Below are positions 51,101-60,721 of a stretch of 64,000 nt of DNA, piece after piece (position 1 is the stretch's first letter; each line of letters begins with the position of its first letter). The position numbers were made by a program, and so were the translations under genes. The notes beneath the pieces were generated by a model. The model did no database searches and was not told the origin of the DNA. It worked only from the letters and a program-made list of their open reading frames with translations. Origin of the DNA: Lytechinus pictus (taxonomy: Eukaryota); the NCBI RefSeq assembly GCF_037042905.1, contig NC_087250.1, positions 18,104,001 to 18,168,000 of the forward strand. The letters run 5' to 3'.

Positions 51101-54100
51101 CTCCTTAATGACCTCAGCTCCCTTACTGATCATATATTTGATGACGTCAATGTGCCCATTCGAAGCAGCACTGTGTAATGCAGTCAAACCATTTCTATCT
51201 TCCTTATTGACCTCAGCTCCTTCACTGATCAGATATTTGATGACGTCAATATGCCCATTGGAAGCAGCACTGGGTAATGCAGTCCCACCACTTTTATCCT
51301 CCTTTTTGACCTCAGCTCCTTCACTGATCAAATATTTGATGACATCAATATGCCCATTGGAAGCAGCACTGTGTAATGCATTCCGACCATCATTATACTC
51401 CTTATCGACCTCAGCTCCTTCACTGATCAGATATTTGATGACGTCAATGTGCCCATCGGAAGCAGCACTGTGTAATGCAGTCCAACCACTTCTATCCTCC
51501 TTATTGACCTCAGCTCCTTCACTGATCAGATATTTGATGACGTCAATATGACCATTGGAAGCAGCACTGTGTAATGCAGTCCCACCACTTTTATGCTCCG
51601 TATTGACCTCAGCTCCTTCACTGATCAGATATTTGATGACGTCAGTATGACCATTGGAAGCAGCACAGTGTATTGTAGTCAGACCATCATTATTCTCCTT
51701 AACGACCTCAGCTCCCTTATTGATCAGATATTTGATGACATCAATATGCCCATTGGAAGAAGCACTGTGTAATGCAGTCCGACCATTATTATACTCCTTA
51801 TCGACCTCAGCTCCTTCACTGGTCAGATATTTCATGACGTCAATATGACCATTGGAAGCAGCACAGTGTAATGGAGTCCGACCATCATTATCCCCCTTAT
51901 TGACCTCAGCCCCTTCACTGATCATATGTTTGATGACATCAATATGCCCATCGAAAGCAGCACTGTGTAATGCAGTCCAACCACTTTTATCCTCCTTATT
52001 GACCTCAGCTCCTTCACTGATCAGATATTTGATGACGTCAATACGACCAATGGAAACAGCACTGTGTAATGCAGTCTGACCATTATTATCCCCCTTATTG
52101 ACCTCAGCTCCATGGCTGATCAGATATTTGATGACGTCAATGCGACCATTCTTAGCAGCACTGTATAATGCAGTCCGATCATTATTATCCTTCTTATTGA
52201 CCTCATCTCCATTACTGATCAGATATTTGATTACTTCAATATGGCCTAACCTAGAAGCAATGTGTAAAGCTGTCTGACCATCTCTTTCCCCCTTATTGAC
52301 CTCAGCTCCTTCACTGATCAGATATTTGATGACGTCAAGATGCCCATTGGAAGCAGCAATGTGTAATGCAGTCTGACCATCTTTATCCCCTTTATTAACC
52401 TGAGCTCCTTCACTGATCAGATATTTGATGACGTCAAGATGCCCATTGGAAGCAGCAATGTGTAATGCAGTCTGACCATCTTTATTCCCTTTATTGACCT
52501 TAACTCCTACACTAATCAGATAGTTGATGACGTCAGTATGACAATTGGAAGCAGCACTGTGTAATGCAGTCAAACCATTTCTAGCTTCCTTATTGACCTC
52601 AGCTCCTTCACTGATCAGATATTTGATGACGTCAATATGACCATCGGAAGCAGCACTGTGTAATGCAGTCCCACCAGTTTTATCCTCCTTATTGACCTCA
52701 GCTCCTTCACTGATCAGATATCTGATGACGTCAGTATGACCCTTAGAAGCAGCACTGTGTATTGCAGTCCGACCATAATCATCCTCCTTATTGACCTCAG
52801 CTCCTTCACTGATCAGATATTTGATGACGTCAGTATGACCATTGGAAGCAGCACAGTGTATTGCAGTCAGACCATCATTATCCTCCTTATTGACCTCAGC
52901 TCCCTTACTGATCAAATATGTGATGACGTTAAAATGCCCATTGGAAGCAGCAATGTGTAATGCAGTCACGCCAATTTTATTCTCCTTATTGACCTCAGCT
53001 CCTTGACTGATCAGATATTTGATGACGTCAGTATGACCATTGGAAGCAGCACAGTGTATTGCAGTCAGACCATTATTATCCTCCTTAACGACCTCAGCTC
53101 CCTTATCGATCAGATATTTGATGACATCAATATGCCCATTGGAAGCAGCACTGTGTAATGCACTCCGACCATCATTATACTCCTTATCGACCTCAGCTCC
53201 TTGACTGATCAGATATTTGATGACGTCATTATGACCATTAGAAGCAGCACAGTGTATTGCAGTCAGACCATTATTATCCTCCTTAACGACCTCAGCTCCC
53301 TTATCGATTAGATATTTGATGACATCAATATGCCCACTGGAAGCAGCACAGTGTAATGGATTCTGACCATTATTATCCCCCTTATTGACCTCAGCCCCTT
53401 CACTGATCATATGTTTGATGACATCAATATGCCCATCGAAAGCAGCACTGTGTAATGCAGTCCAACCACTTTTATCCTCCTTAATGACCTCAGCTCCCTT
53501 ACTGATCAGATATTTGATAACTTCAATATGCCCTAACCTAGAAGCAATGTGTAATGCAGTCTGGCCATCTTTATCCCCCTTAATGACCTCAGCTCTTTCA
53601 TTGATCAGATATTCGATGACGTTAATATGACCATTTAAAGCAGCACAGTGTAATGGAGTCCGACCATCATTATCCCCCTTATTGACCTCAGCCCATTCAC
53701 TGATCATATGTTTGATGACATCAATATGCCCATCGAAAGCAGCACTGTGTAATGCAGTCCAACCACTTTTATCCTCCTTATTGACCTCAGCTCCTTCACT
53801 GATCAGATATTTCATGACGTCAAGATTACCATTGGAAGAAGCACAGTGTAATGGATTTTGACCATTATTATCCCCCTTATTGACCTCAGCCCCTTCACTG
53901 ATCAGATATTTGATGACATCAATATGCCCATCGAAAGCAGCACTGTGTAATGCAGTCCAACCACTTTTATCCTCCTTATTGAGCTCAGATCCTTCACTGA
54001 TCAGATATTTGATGACGTCAATACGACCAATGGAAACAGCACTGTGTAATGCAGTCTGACCATTATTATCTCCCTTATTGACCTCAGCTCCATGGCTGAT

Positions 54101-57100
54101 CAGATATTTGATGACGTCAATACGACCATTCTTAGCAGCACTGTGTAATGCAGTCCGATCATTATTATCCTTCTTATTGACCTCAGCTCCATTACTGATC
54201 AGATATTTGATGACTTCAATATGGCCTAACCTAGAAGCAATGTGTAATGCTGTCTGACCATCTCTTTCCCCCTTATTGACCTCAGCTCCATTACTGATCA
54301 GATATTTGATGACTTCAATATGGCCTAACCTAGAAGCAATGTGCAATGCTGTCTGACCATCTCTTTCCCCCTTATTGACCTCAGTTCCTATACTGGTCAG
54401 ATATTTGATGACGTCAAGATGCATATTGGAAGCAGCACTGTGTAATGCAGTCCAACCATTTCTATCTTCTTTATTGACCTCAGCTCCTTCACTGAACAGA
54501 TATTTGATGACATCAATATCGGAAGCAGCACTGTGTAATGCAGTCCCACCACTTTTATCCTCCTTTTTTACCTCAGCTCCTTCACTTATCAGATATTTAA
54601 TGACGTCAGTATGACCATTAGAAGCAGCACAGTGTATTGCAGTCAGACCATCATTATCCTCCTTAACGACCTCAGCTCCCTTACTAATCAGATATTTCAT
54701 GACCTCAAGATTAGCATTGGAAGCAGCACTGTGCAATGCAGTCCGACCATTATTATCCTCCTTATCGACCTCAGCTCCCTTACTGATCAGATATTTGATA
54801 ACTTCAATATGCCCTAACCTAGAAGCAATGTGTAATGCAGTCTGGCCATCTTTATCCCCCTTAATGACCTCAGCTCTTTCATTGATCAGATATTCGATGA
54901 CATTAATATGACAATTGAAAGCAGCAAAGTGTAATGGAGTCTGACCATTATTATCCCCCTTATTGACATCAGCCCCTTCACTGATCAGATGTTTGATGAC
55001 ATCAATATGCCCATCGAAAGCAGCACTGTGTAATGCAGTCCAACCACTTTTATCCTCCTTATTGAGCTCAGCTCCTTCACTGATCAGATATTTGATGACG
55101 TCAATACTACCAATGGAAACAGCACTGTGTAATGCAGTCTGACCATTATTATCCCCCTTATTGACCTCAGCTCCATGGCTGATCAGAGATTTGATGACGT
55201 CAATACGACCATTCTTAGCAGCACTGTGTAATGCAGTCCGACCATTATTATCCTTCTTATTGACCTCAGCTCCATTACTGATCAGATATTTAATGACTTC
55301 AATATGGCCTAACCTAGAAGCAATGTGTAATTCTGTCTGACCATCTCTTTCCCCCTTATTGACCTCAGCTCCTTTACTGATCAGATATTTGATGACGTCA
55401 AGATGCCCATTGGAAGCAGCAATGTGTAATGCAGTCTGACCATCTTTATCCCCTTTATTAACCTTAGCTCCTTCACTGATCAGATATTTGATGACGTCAA
55501 GATGCCCATTGGAAGCAGCAATGTGTAATGCAGTCTGACGATCTTTATCCCCTTTATTGGCCTTAGCTCCTTCACTGATCAGATATTTGATGACGTCAGT
55601 ATGACCACTGGAAGCAGCACTGTGTATTGCAGTCATACCATCATTATCCTCCTTAACGACCTCAGCTCCCTTACTGTTCATATATGTGATGACGTCAAGA
55701 TGCCCATTGGAAGCAGCACTGTGTAATGCAGTCCAACCGCTTCTATCCTCCTTAATGACCTCAGCTCCCTTACTGATCAGATATTTGATGACGTCAATGT
55801 GCCCATTCGAAGCAGCACTGTGTAATGCAGTCAAACCATTTCTATCTTCCTTATTGACCTCAGCTCCTCCACTGATCAGATATTTGATGACGTCAATATG
55901 CCCATCGGAAGCAGCACTGTGTAATGCAGTCCCACCACTTTTATCTTCCTTATTGACCTCAGCTCCTTCACTGATCAGATATCTGATGACGTCAGTATGA
56001 CCATTAGAAGCAGCACTTTGAATTGCAGTCCGACCATCTTTATCCTCCTTATTGACCTCAGCTCCTTCACTGATCAGATATTTGATGGCGTCAGTATGAC
56101 CATTGGAAGCAGCACAGTGTATTGCAGTCAGACCATCATTATCCTCCTTAACGACCTCAGCTCCCTTATCGATCAGATATTTGATGACATCAATATGCCC
56201 ATTGGAAGCAGCACTGTGTAATGCACTCCGACCATCATTATACTCCTTATCGACCTCAGCTCCTTCACTGATCAGATATTTCATAACCTCAAGATTACCG
56301 TTGGAAGCAGCACTGTGTAATGCAGTCCGACCATTATTATCCTCCTTATCGACCTCAGCTCCCTTACTGATCAGATATTTGATGACGTCAAGATGCCAAT
56401 TGCAAGCAGCACTGTGTAATGCAGTCCGACCATTATTAGCCTCCTTAAAGACCTCAGCTCCCTTACTGATGAGATATTTGATAACTTCAATATGCCCTAA
56501 CCTAGAAGCAATGTGTAATGCAGTCTGGCCATCTTTATCCCCCTTAATGACCTCAGCTCTTTCATTGATCAGATATTCGATGACGTTAATATGACCATTG
56601 AAAGCAGCACAGTGTAATGGAGTCTGACCATTATTATCCCCCTTATTGACCTCAGCCCCTTCACTGATCATATGTTTGATGACATCAATATGCCCATCGA
56701 AAGCAACACTGTGTAATACAGTCCAACCCCTTTTATCCTCCTTATTGAGCTCAGCTCCTTCACTGATCAGATATTTGATGACGTCAATACGACCATTGGA
56801 AGCAGCACTGTGTAATGTAGTCTGACTATTATTATCCCCCTTATTGACCTCAGCTCCATGGCTGATCAGACATTTGATGACGTCAATAGGACCATTCTTA
56901 GCAGCACTGTGTAATGCAGTCCGACCATTATTATCCTTCTTATTGACCTCACCTCCATTACTGATCAGATATTTGATGACTTCAATATGGCCTAACCTAG
57001 AAGCATTGTGTACTGCAGTCCGACCATTATTATCCTTCTTATTGACCTCAGCTCCTTTACTAATCAGATATTTAATGACGTCAAGATGCCCATTGGAAGT

Positions 57101-57868
57101 AGCAATGTGTAATGCAGTCTGACCATCTTTATCCCCTTTATTGACCTCAGCTCCTACACTGATCAGATATTTGATGACGTCAGTATGACCATTGGAAGCA
57201 GCACTGTGTATTGCAGTCCGACCATCATTATCCCCTTTATTGACCTCAGCTCCTTCACTGATCAGATATTTGATGACGCCAAGATGCCCATTGGAAGCAG
57301 CCGTGTGTAACGCAGTCTGACCATCTTTATCACCTTTATTTCCCTCAGTTCCTTCACTGATCAGATATTTGATGACGTCAATGTGACCATTGGAAGCAGC
57401 ACTGTGTAATGCAGTCCAACCATTATTGTCCTCCTTAACGACCTCAGCACTCTTATTGATCAGATATTTGATGACGTCAAGATGCCCATTGGAAGCAGCA
57501 CTGTGTAATGCAGTCCGACCATTATTATCCTCCCTAAGGATCTCAGCTCCCTTACTGATCAGATATTTGATGACGTCAATGTGGCCAAACCTAGCAGCAC
57601 TGTGTAATGCAATCCGACCAATATTATCCTCCTTATTGACCTCTGCTCCTTGACTGATCAGATATTTTATGACGTCAATATGACCATTGGAAGCAGCAAT
57701 TTCTAATGAAGTCCGACCAACTTTATCTTTCTTATTGACCTCTGCTCCCTTCCCGATCAGAGTTTCAATGACGTCAATTTGAGAATGGAAAGCAGCCCTG
57801 TGTAATGCAGTCCAACCACTATTATCCGCCTTATTGACATCAGCTCCTTGGCTTATCAAATAATTCAT
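20688..57868 (-). CDS. Giant ankyrin-repeat / ZU5-UPA / multi-death-domain protein: 21 exons, ~6,070 aa from ATG 57868; start uncertain, possibly a 5'-damaged allele
   Basis: Hand-spliced GT-AG exons with matching phases: 57868-43364, 43044-42862, 42544-42387, 40222-40188, 39310-38978, 38422-38175, 37470-37342, 36312-36150, 35804-35759, 35409-35123, 34451-34436, 34152-33893, 32983-32855, 32626-32333, 26242-25994, 24802-24458, 24184-23964, 23600-23466, 23051-22907, 21869-21842, 20985-20688; no internal stop seen. Confidence 0.8.
21842..21869 (-). CDS. 28-nt linker exon (VEPDYEKTQ)
   Basis: TTTAACAG acceptor, GTAAG donor; bridges phase 1 to phase 2. Confidence 0.7.
22131..22323. other. Assembly gap (193 N) inside an intron
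   Basis: Run of N. Confidence 1.
22525..22809 (-). mobile_element. Tc1/mariner-like terminal arm (same family as 7200)
   Basis: Ends TTTTTTCTGGGACGCACTG|TA. Confidence 0.7.
22907..23051 (-). CDS. Exon, UPA-like domain 2, C-terminal part
   Basis: VHVCSLLSGGCNTINIILPPSTDDKIVRVSIEQGQ..; phase 0 to 1. Confidence 0.75.
23291..23357 (-). mobile_element. Isolated L2-type 3' tail remnant
   Basis: Minus strand GCGCCTTGAGCACTCTGCCGCAGAGTGGATTTGGCGCTTTATAAAT..TATTATTA resembles the LINE tail at 15040-15107. Confidence 0.6.
23466..23600 (-). CDS. Exon, UPA-like domain 2, middle part
   Basis: GVRGQNYSLSEPFYEVTTVIKFNLESAEDDIKISC..; phase 0 to 0. Confidence 0.75.
23964..24184 (-). CDS. Exon, end of ZU5-2 and start of UPA-2
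   Basis: ..FEISEDIVTFSTRHLQYFAL..; phase 1 to 0. Confidence 0.78.
24458..24802 (-). CDS. Exon, ZU5 domain 2
   Basis: GLIDHEGGELR..VSIPSGAIP..LITPPIRC..LLKPATIVLPH. Confidence 0.88.
24840..25127 (-). mobile_element. Full-length tRNA-derived SINE with an L2-like 3' tail
   Basis: Minus-strand head GGGCGCGACGTGGTCTGGTGG..GGTCGTGGGTTCGAATC; tail GCGCCTCGGA..GGCGCTATACAAAT..(ATT)n. Confidence 0.82.
25994..26242 (-). CDS. Exon, death-like domain 4
   Basis: DLIDLSQRLDLPASEI..ILHMLQRWVKQGGTRLRLLEIVQAFNFNDAAEHI; phase 1 to 1. Confidence 0.8.
26610..27720 (+). repeat. ~75-bp minisatellite (about 14-15 units) in the left arm; inverted copies at 30945-31210
   Basis: GGAGGACAATGTAAGATGAGATGAGGCAAGTGTGCAGTGAGGTTTTTTCAAAAGAGGAGATAATACAAATATATAT. 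Confidence 0.92.
30199..30249. repeat. (TA)n microsatellite
   Basis: Direct reading. Confidence 0.95.
31573..32208. mobile_element. MITE with ~200-bp imperfect TIRs, TA-flanked
   Basis: TTCACAAGCGCACT..CAATTGGTTCCGGAA..GTCACAAAA vs TTTTGTGAC..TTCCGGAACCAATTG..AGTGCGCTTGTGAA. Confidence 0.75.
32333..32626 (-). CDS. Exon, divergent death-like domain 3
   Basis: ..LALQVANALRLDVNDII..LAWKLLHQWCRRL..; phase 1 to 1. Confidence 0.75.
32855..32983 (-). CDS. Exon, acidic/Pro-rich linker
   Basis: DDENSDDVTPLYPDVNPDPSPQEPEEDEDEENEDWKIIEYSES; phase 1 to 1. Confidence 0.75.
33009..33331. mobile_element. Harbinger-like MITE
   Basis: Imperfect TIR GGTCAGTATTCTGAAGTCGGGTT / AACCTGACTTCGGAAAACGGGCC; AGA on both flanks. 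Confidence 0.6.
33893..34152 (-). CDS. Exon, death domain 2 (absent from the ORF track)
   Basis: EISDCTLLQFSRHIIKEKFYEIGRQLGFDEIELHHIEHRSLYNRKDANIQMLSLWK..; phase 2 to 1. Confidence 0.85.
34436..34451 (-). CDS. Predicted 16-nt microexon (DIDPTE)
   Basis: AAG|ATATTGACCCGACTGA|GTAAGT; supplies the required phase 1 to 2 shift. Confidence 0.6.
35123..35409 (-). CDS. Exon, death domain 1
   Basis: ..QFYDLGIALGFTIAELDRIEYRRFGDRQQATYDMLLAWRGR..; phase 2 to 1. Confidence 0.88.
35759..35804 (-). CDS. 46-nt linker exon
   Basis: DGPVCQFPSKQTDVT; TTAG acceptor, GTAAGT donor; phase 1 to 2. Confidence 0.7.
36150..36312 (-). CDS. Exon, UPA-like domain 1, C-terminal part
   Basis: IVSLRDLLAKISQCISIYVPPSEDDLNFAVITITITQAG..; phase 0 to 1. 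Confidence 0.75.
37342..37470 (-). CDS. Exon, UPA-like domain 1, middle part
   Basis: ATQEESRQQSYHRCHRSVPFNVEKKAGDVTITCHREEEEIESQ; phase 0 to 0. Confidence 0.75.
38175..38422 (-). CDS. Exon, end of ZU5-1 and start of UPA-1
   Basis: ..PYCRMYKRHLELYIGHCAEWWVLIP..CTPYVP..; phase 1 to 0. Confidence 0.78.
38630..38781 (-). mobile_element. tRNA-derived SINE (second family)
   Basis: Minus strand GGTGCCGCGGCCGAGTGGTCTAAGGCAC..GGGGTTCGATTCCCGGC (A and B boxes); imperfect cloverleaf. Confidence 0.7.
38978..39310 (-). CDS. Exon, ZU5 domain 1
   Basis: VNLEDHGISMYLPPGAV..LICYGIRCDPHTLIFNQPVKINIPH; phase 1 to 1. Confidence 0.85.
40188..40222 (-). CDS. 35-nt linker exon (LPSLDGVQSTR)
   Basis: CTGCAG acceptor, GTAAG donor; phase 2 to 1. 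Confidence 0.72.
40605..40947. mobile_element. hAT-like MITE nested in a Kolobok-like element (~40450-42330)
   Basis: TIR TAGCGTACCTA / TAGGTACGCTA; 8-bp TSD AATATGCA / AATATACA. Confidence 0.7.
41194..42168. mobile_element. Helentron/HINE-like non-autonomous element carrying ~160-190-bp tandem repeats
   Basis: Subterminal IR GTCTCACCTGCAT / ATGCAGGTGAGAC, terminal hairpin, (GCC)n; GACCTTTGACC recurs at about 41409, 41570, 41734 and 41925. Confidence 0.75.
42387..42544 (-). CDS. Exon, terminal divergent ankyrin/cap repeat
   Basis: VSKEYYSGRLSPENALVFYLLEHGARIDIKDEADCLPIHYAKDEMIRQMILA; phase 0 to 2. Confidence 0.82.
42862..43044 (-). CDS. Exon, divergent C-terminal ankyrin repeats
   Basis: NDSVAIHLAVMHGLTSIIERMIAKGFDLNVQSNDGQTCLHKAI..; phase 0 to 0. 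Confidence 0.85.
43364..57868 (-). CDS. Giant single exon encoding about 146 tandem ankyrin repeats (4,835 aa)
   Basis: 33-aa unit GxTALHxAAxxGHxDVIKYLISxGAEVNKxDxx; AAG|GTAGG donor at 43364/43363. Confidence 0.93.
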
Positions 57869-59705
57869 GACGTCAAACCGACCAAACTTAGCAGAACGGT
57901 TTAATGCAGTCCAACTATCATTATCCTCCTTATTGACCTCAGCTCCTTCACTGATCAGATATTTAATGACGGCAATATGACCATTGGAAGCAGCACTGTG
58001 TATTGCAGTCCGACCATCATTATCCTCCTAATTGACCTCAGCCCCTTCAACTGATCAGATATTTGATGACGTCAATATGACTCATCTCAGCAGCACGGTG
58101 TAGTGCAGTCCAACCATCATTATCCTCCTTATTGACCTCAGCTCCTTCACTAATCAGATATTTGATGACGTCAATATGACCATTGGAAGCAGCACTTTGT
58201 ATTGCAGTCCGACCATCATTATCCTTCTTATTGACCTCAGCTCCCTCACTGATCAGATATTTAATGACGGCAATATGACCATTGGGAGCAGCACGGTGTA
58301 TTGCAGTCCGACCATTATTATCCTCCTTATTGACCTCAGCCCCTTCACTATTCAGATATTTGATGACGTCAATATGACCATTGGAAGCAGCACTGTGTAT
58401 TGCAGTCCGACCATCATTATCTTCCTTATGGACCTCAGCTCCTTCACTAATCAGATATTTGATGACGTCAATATGACCATTGGAAGCAGCACTGTGTATT
58501 GCAGTCCGACCATCATTATCTTCCTTATTGACCTCAGCTCCCTTACTGATCAGATATTTATTAACGGCAATATGAACATTGGAAGCAGCACGGTGTATTG
58601 CAGTCCGACCATCATTATCCTCCTTATTGACCTCAGCCCCTTCACTGATCAGATATTTGATGACCTCAATATGACTCATCTCAGCAGCACGGTGTAGTGC
58701 AGTCCAACCATGATTATCCTCCTTATTGACCTCAGCTCCTTCACTGATCAGATATTTGATGACGTCAATATGACCATTGGAAGTAGCACTGTGTAATGCA
58801 GTCCGACCATTATTATCCTCCTTAGCGACCTCAGCTCCCATACTGATCAGATATTTGATGACGTCAATATGACCTTTGGAAGCAGCACTGTGTAATGCAG
58901 TCAAACCACCATTATCCTCCTTATTGACCTCAGCTCCCTCACTGATTAGATATTTGATGACATCAATATGACCATTGGAAGCAGCACTGTGTAATGCAGT
59001 CAAACCACCATTATCCTTCATATTGAACTCAGCTCCCTTACTGATCAGATATTTAATGACATCAATATGACCAATTGAAGCAGTACTGTGTATTGCAGTC
59101 CGACAATCATTATCCTCCTTATTGACCTCAGCTCCTTCACTGATCAGATATTTGATAACGTCAATATGACCATTGGAAGCAGCACTGTGTAATGCAGTCC
59201 GACCATCATTATCCTCCTTATTAACCTCAGCTCCTTCACTGATCAGATATTTGATGACGTCAATATGACTATTGAAGGCAGCACTGTGAAATGCAGTCCG
59301 ACCATTATTATCCTCCATATTGACCTAATCTCCTTGACTGATAGATATTTGATGACTTCAATATGATAATTTTGAGCAGCACGGTCTAATGAAGTCAAGC
59401 CATTATTATCCTCTTTTTTTAACCTTAGCTCCTTGACTTATCAGATATTTGATGACGTCAATATGACAATCGAAAGCAGCAATATGTAGTGCAGTCTGAC
59501 CATTATCATCCTCCTAATATTGACCTCAGCTCCTTGATTGAAATTTGATGACTTCAATATGACCATTTTGAGTAGCACGGTGTAATGCAATCCGACCAAC
59601 ATGACCAATTTTATCCTCCTTATTGACCTCTGCTCCTTGAATTGTAATATTTTTAATGAAGACAATGACCTTTCTGAGCAGAATCGTGTAATGAAGTCCG
59701 ACCAT
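43395..59705 (-). repeat. 99-bp coding tandem array (~165 units) with higher-order duplications
   Basis: Near-identical blocks recur at offsets of 1584, 1683 and 2079 bp (16, 17 and 21 x 99). Confidence 0.95.
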
Positions 59706-59718
59706 ACATCTGTTAGTT
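58028..59718 (-). pseudogene. Disrupted 5' portion of the ankyrin array; includes the 423-aa ORF 59318-58047
   Basis: In-frame TAG at 58030-58028; 1-bp insertion at 58049/58050; further indels at about 59342 and 59500-59670; candidate acceptor TTTTTTCCTCAG before 59718. Confidence 0.75.
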
Positions 59719-60667
59719 CTGAGGAAAAAATGTTTTCGTTAGAATATTGTAGCTACAACTCTGAAACTTGTAATGTCTATTTTTAAATCTAGAATGTATA
59801 ACTTTACAATTTTGTAAATGAATTTTGTTTTTATTTAGATGGATGTTATACCTTTTGGACAGGAAATATCTCCGAGCATGTTCATTAACAGGTATCACAA
59901 TAGTGACTTATTCCCAAAGGAACCACTAACACAATGTCACATCGCTTGTTAATAAATCAGGGAGGGGTCAAAACAATGATGCATTGTTTAGACAAACTGT
60001 TATAGGCGACCCTCACTTTTTTTAAAAACAAACTTTGTTTACACCCCTCCCCCCCCCCCCCCCCCCACTCCCTCCGATATGTTTTCAGGGCTAACTTTGC
60101 TTCAATTAATCACACACGTTTATATACCCAGAAAAGAGCTAAAAGTGAAATTGAAAAATGGAAAATCTATAGCCAACAGAGCATTTAGCTTCATGCATAT
60201 TAACCGCTTGCCAGTTGAGTATGTTTGCCTATTAAAGAAAAACTCAAATATGCGAGTTTCCAAAACAGGCTAATTTTTTATTATCTCCTTAACGCCTGTA
60301 TGGCACGCCATTGCAGAATATGTTATTTTAATATAGGTTTTCCCGTCCAATTCGTCAAAATTTCGACCGATTTAATGATGTAATAATACTGCCAAATACT
60401 TAATTCAATTCAATTCTATTGGCACGCGATTTCATGGTTATCTCATTTAAATATGTACAAAGAACGATCAAATTAAAATAGCTGAAGTCGCACCGGTAGG
60501 CCTACCCTTCTAGCGAACATTTAGGAATTCAAAATCATTAATATGCAATCATTTATAGGATATGGACAGTGTAACTAAATCAGCTTTGCTTTCGTTGACA
60601 AAGTCGTTGATCGCAGTTGTTTGTTACGAACGGAGCGTACATTGATGGAGCAAAATTAAAGGATAGA

Positions 60668-60721
60668 CCGCGGGTCCGTTAGTCCGCAGGTCCGTTAGTC
60701 CGCGGGTCCGATAGTCCGCGG
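60668..60721. repeat. 16-bp tandem repeat x3 (CCGCGGGTCCGTTAGT)
   Basis: Direct reading. Confidence 0.85.

Noticed and set aside
20688-57868. Naming the gene ANK1/2/3, UNC5 or PIDD1
   Set aside because: Shares domains, but repeat number, domain order and DD count differ; orthology cannot be supported, so no symbol is given.
43812-58697. Dozens of + strand ORFs (MEAAxCxAV.., MTSAP..) within the array
   Set aside because: Antisense shadows of the 99-bp ankyrin unit; useful only as markers of duplication periodicity.
43395-59705. Array as a CRISPR-like or non-coding satellite
   Set aside because: Units are contiguous 33-codon ankyrin repeats with no unique spacers, in a spliced eukaryotic gene.
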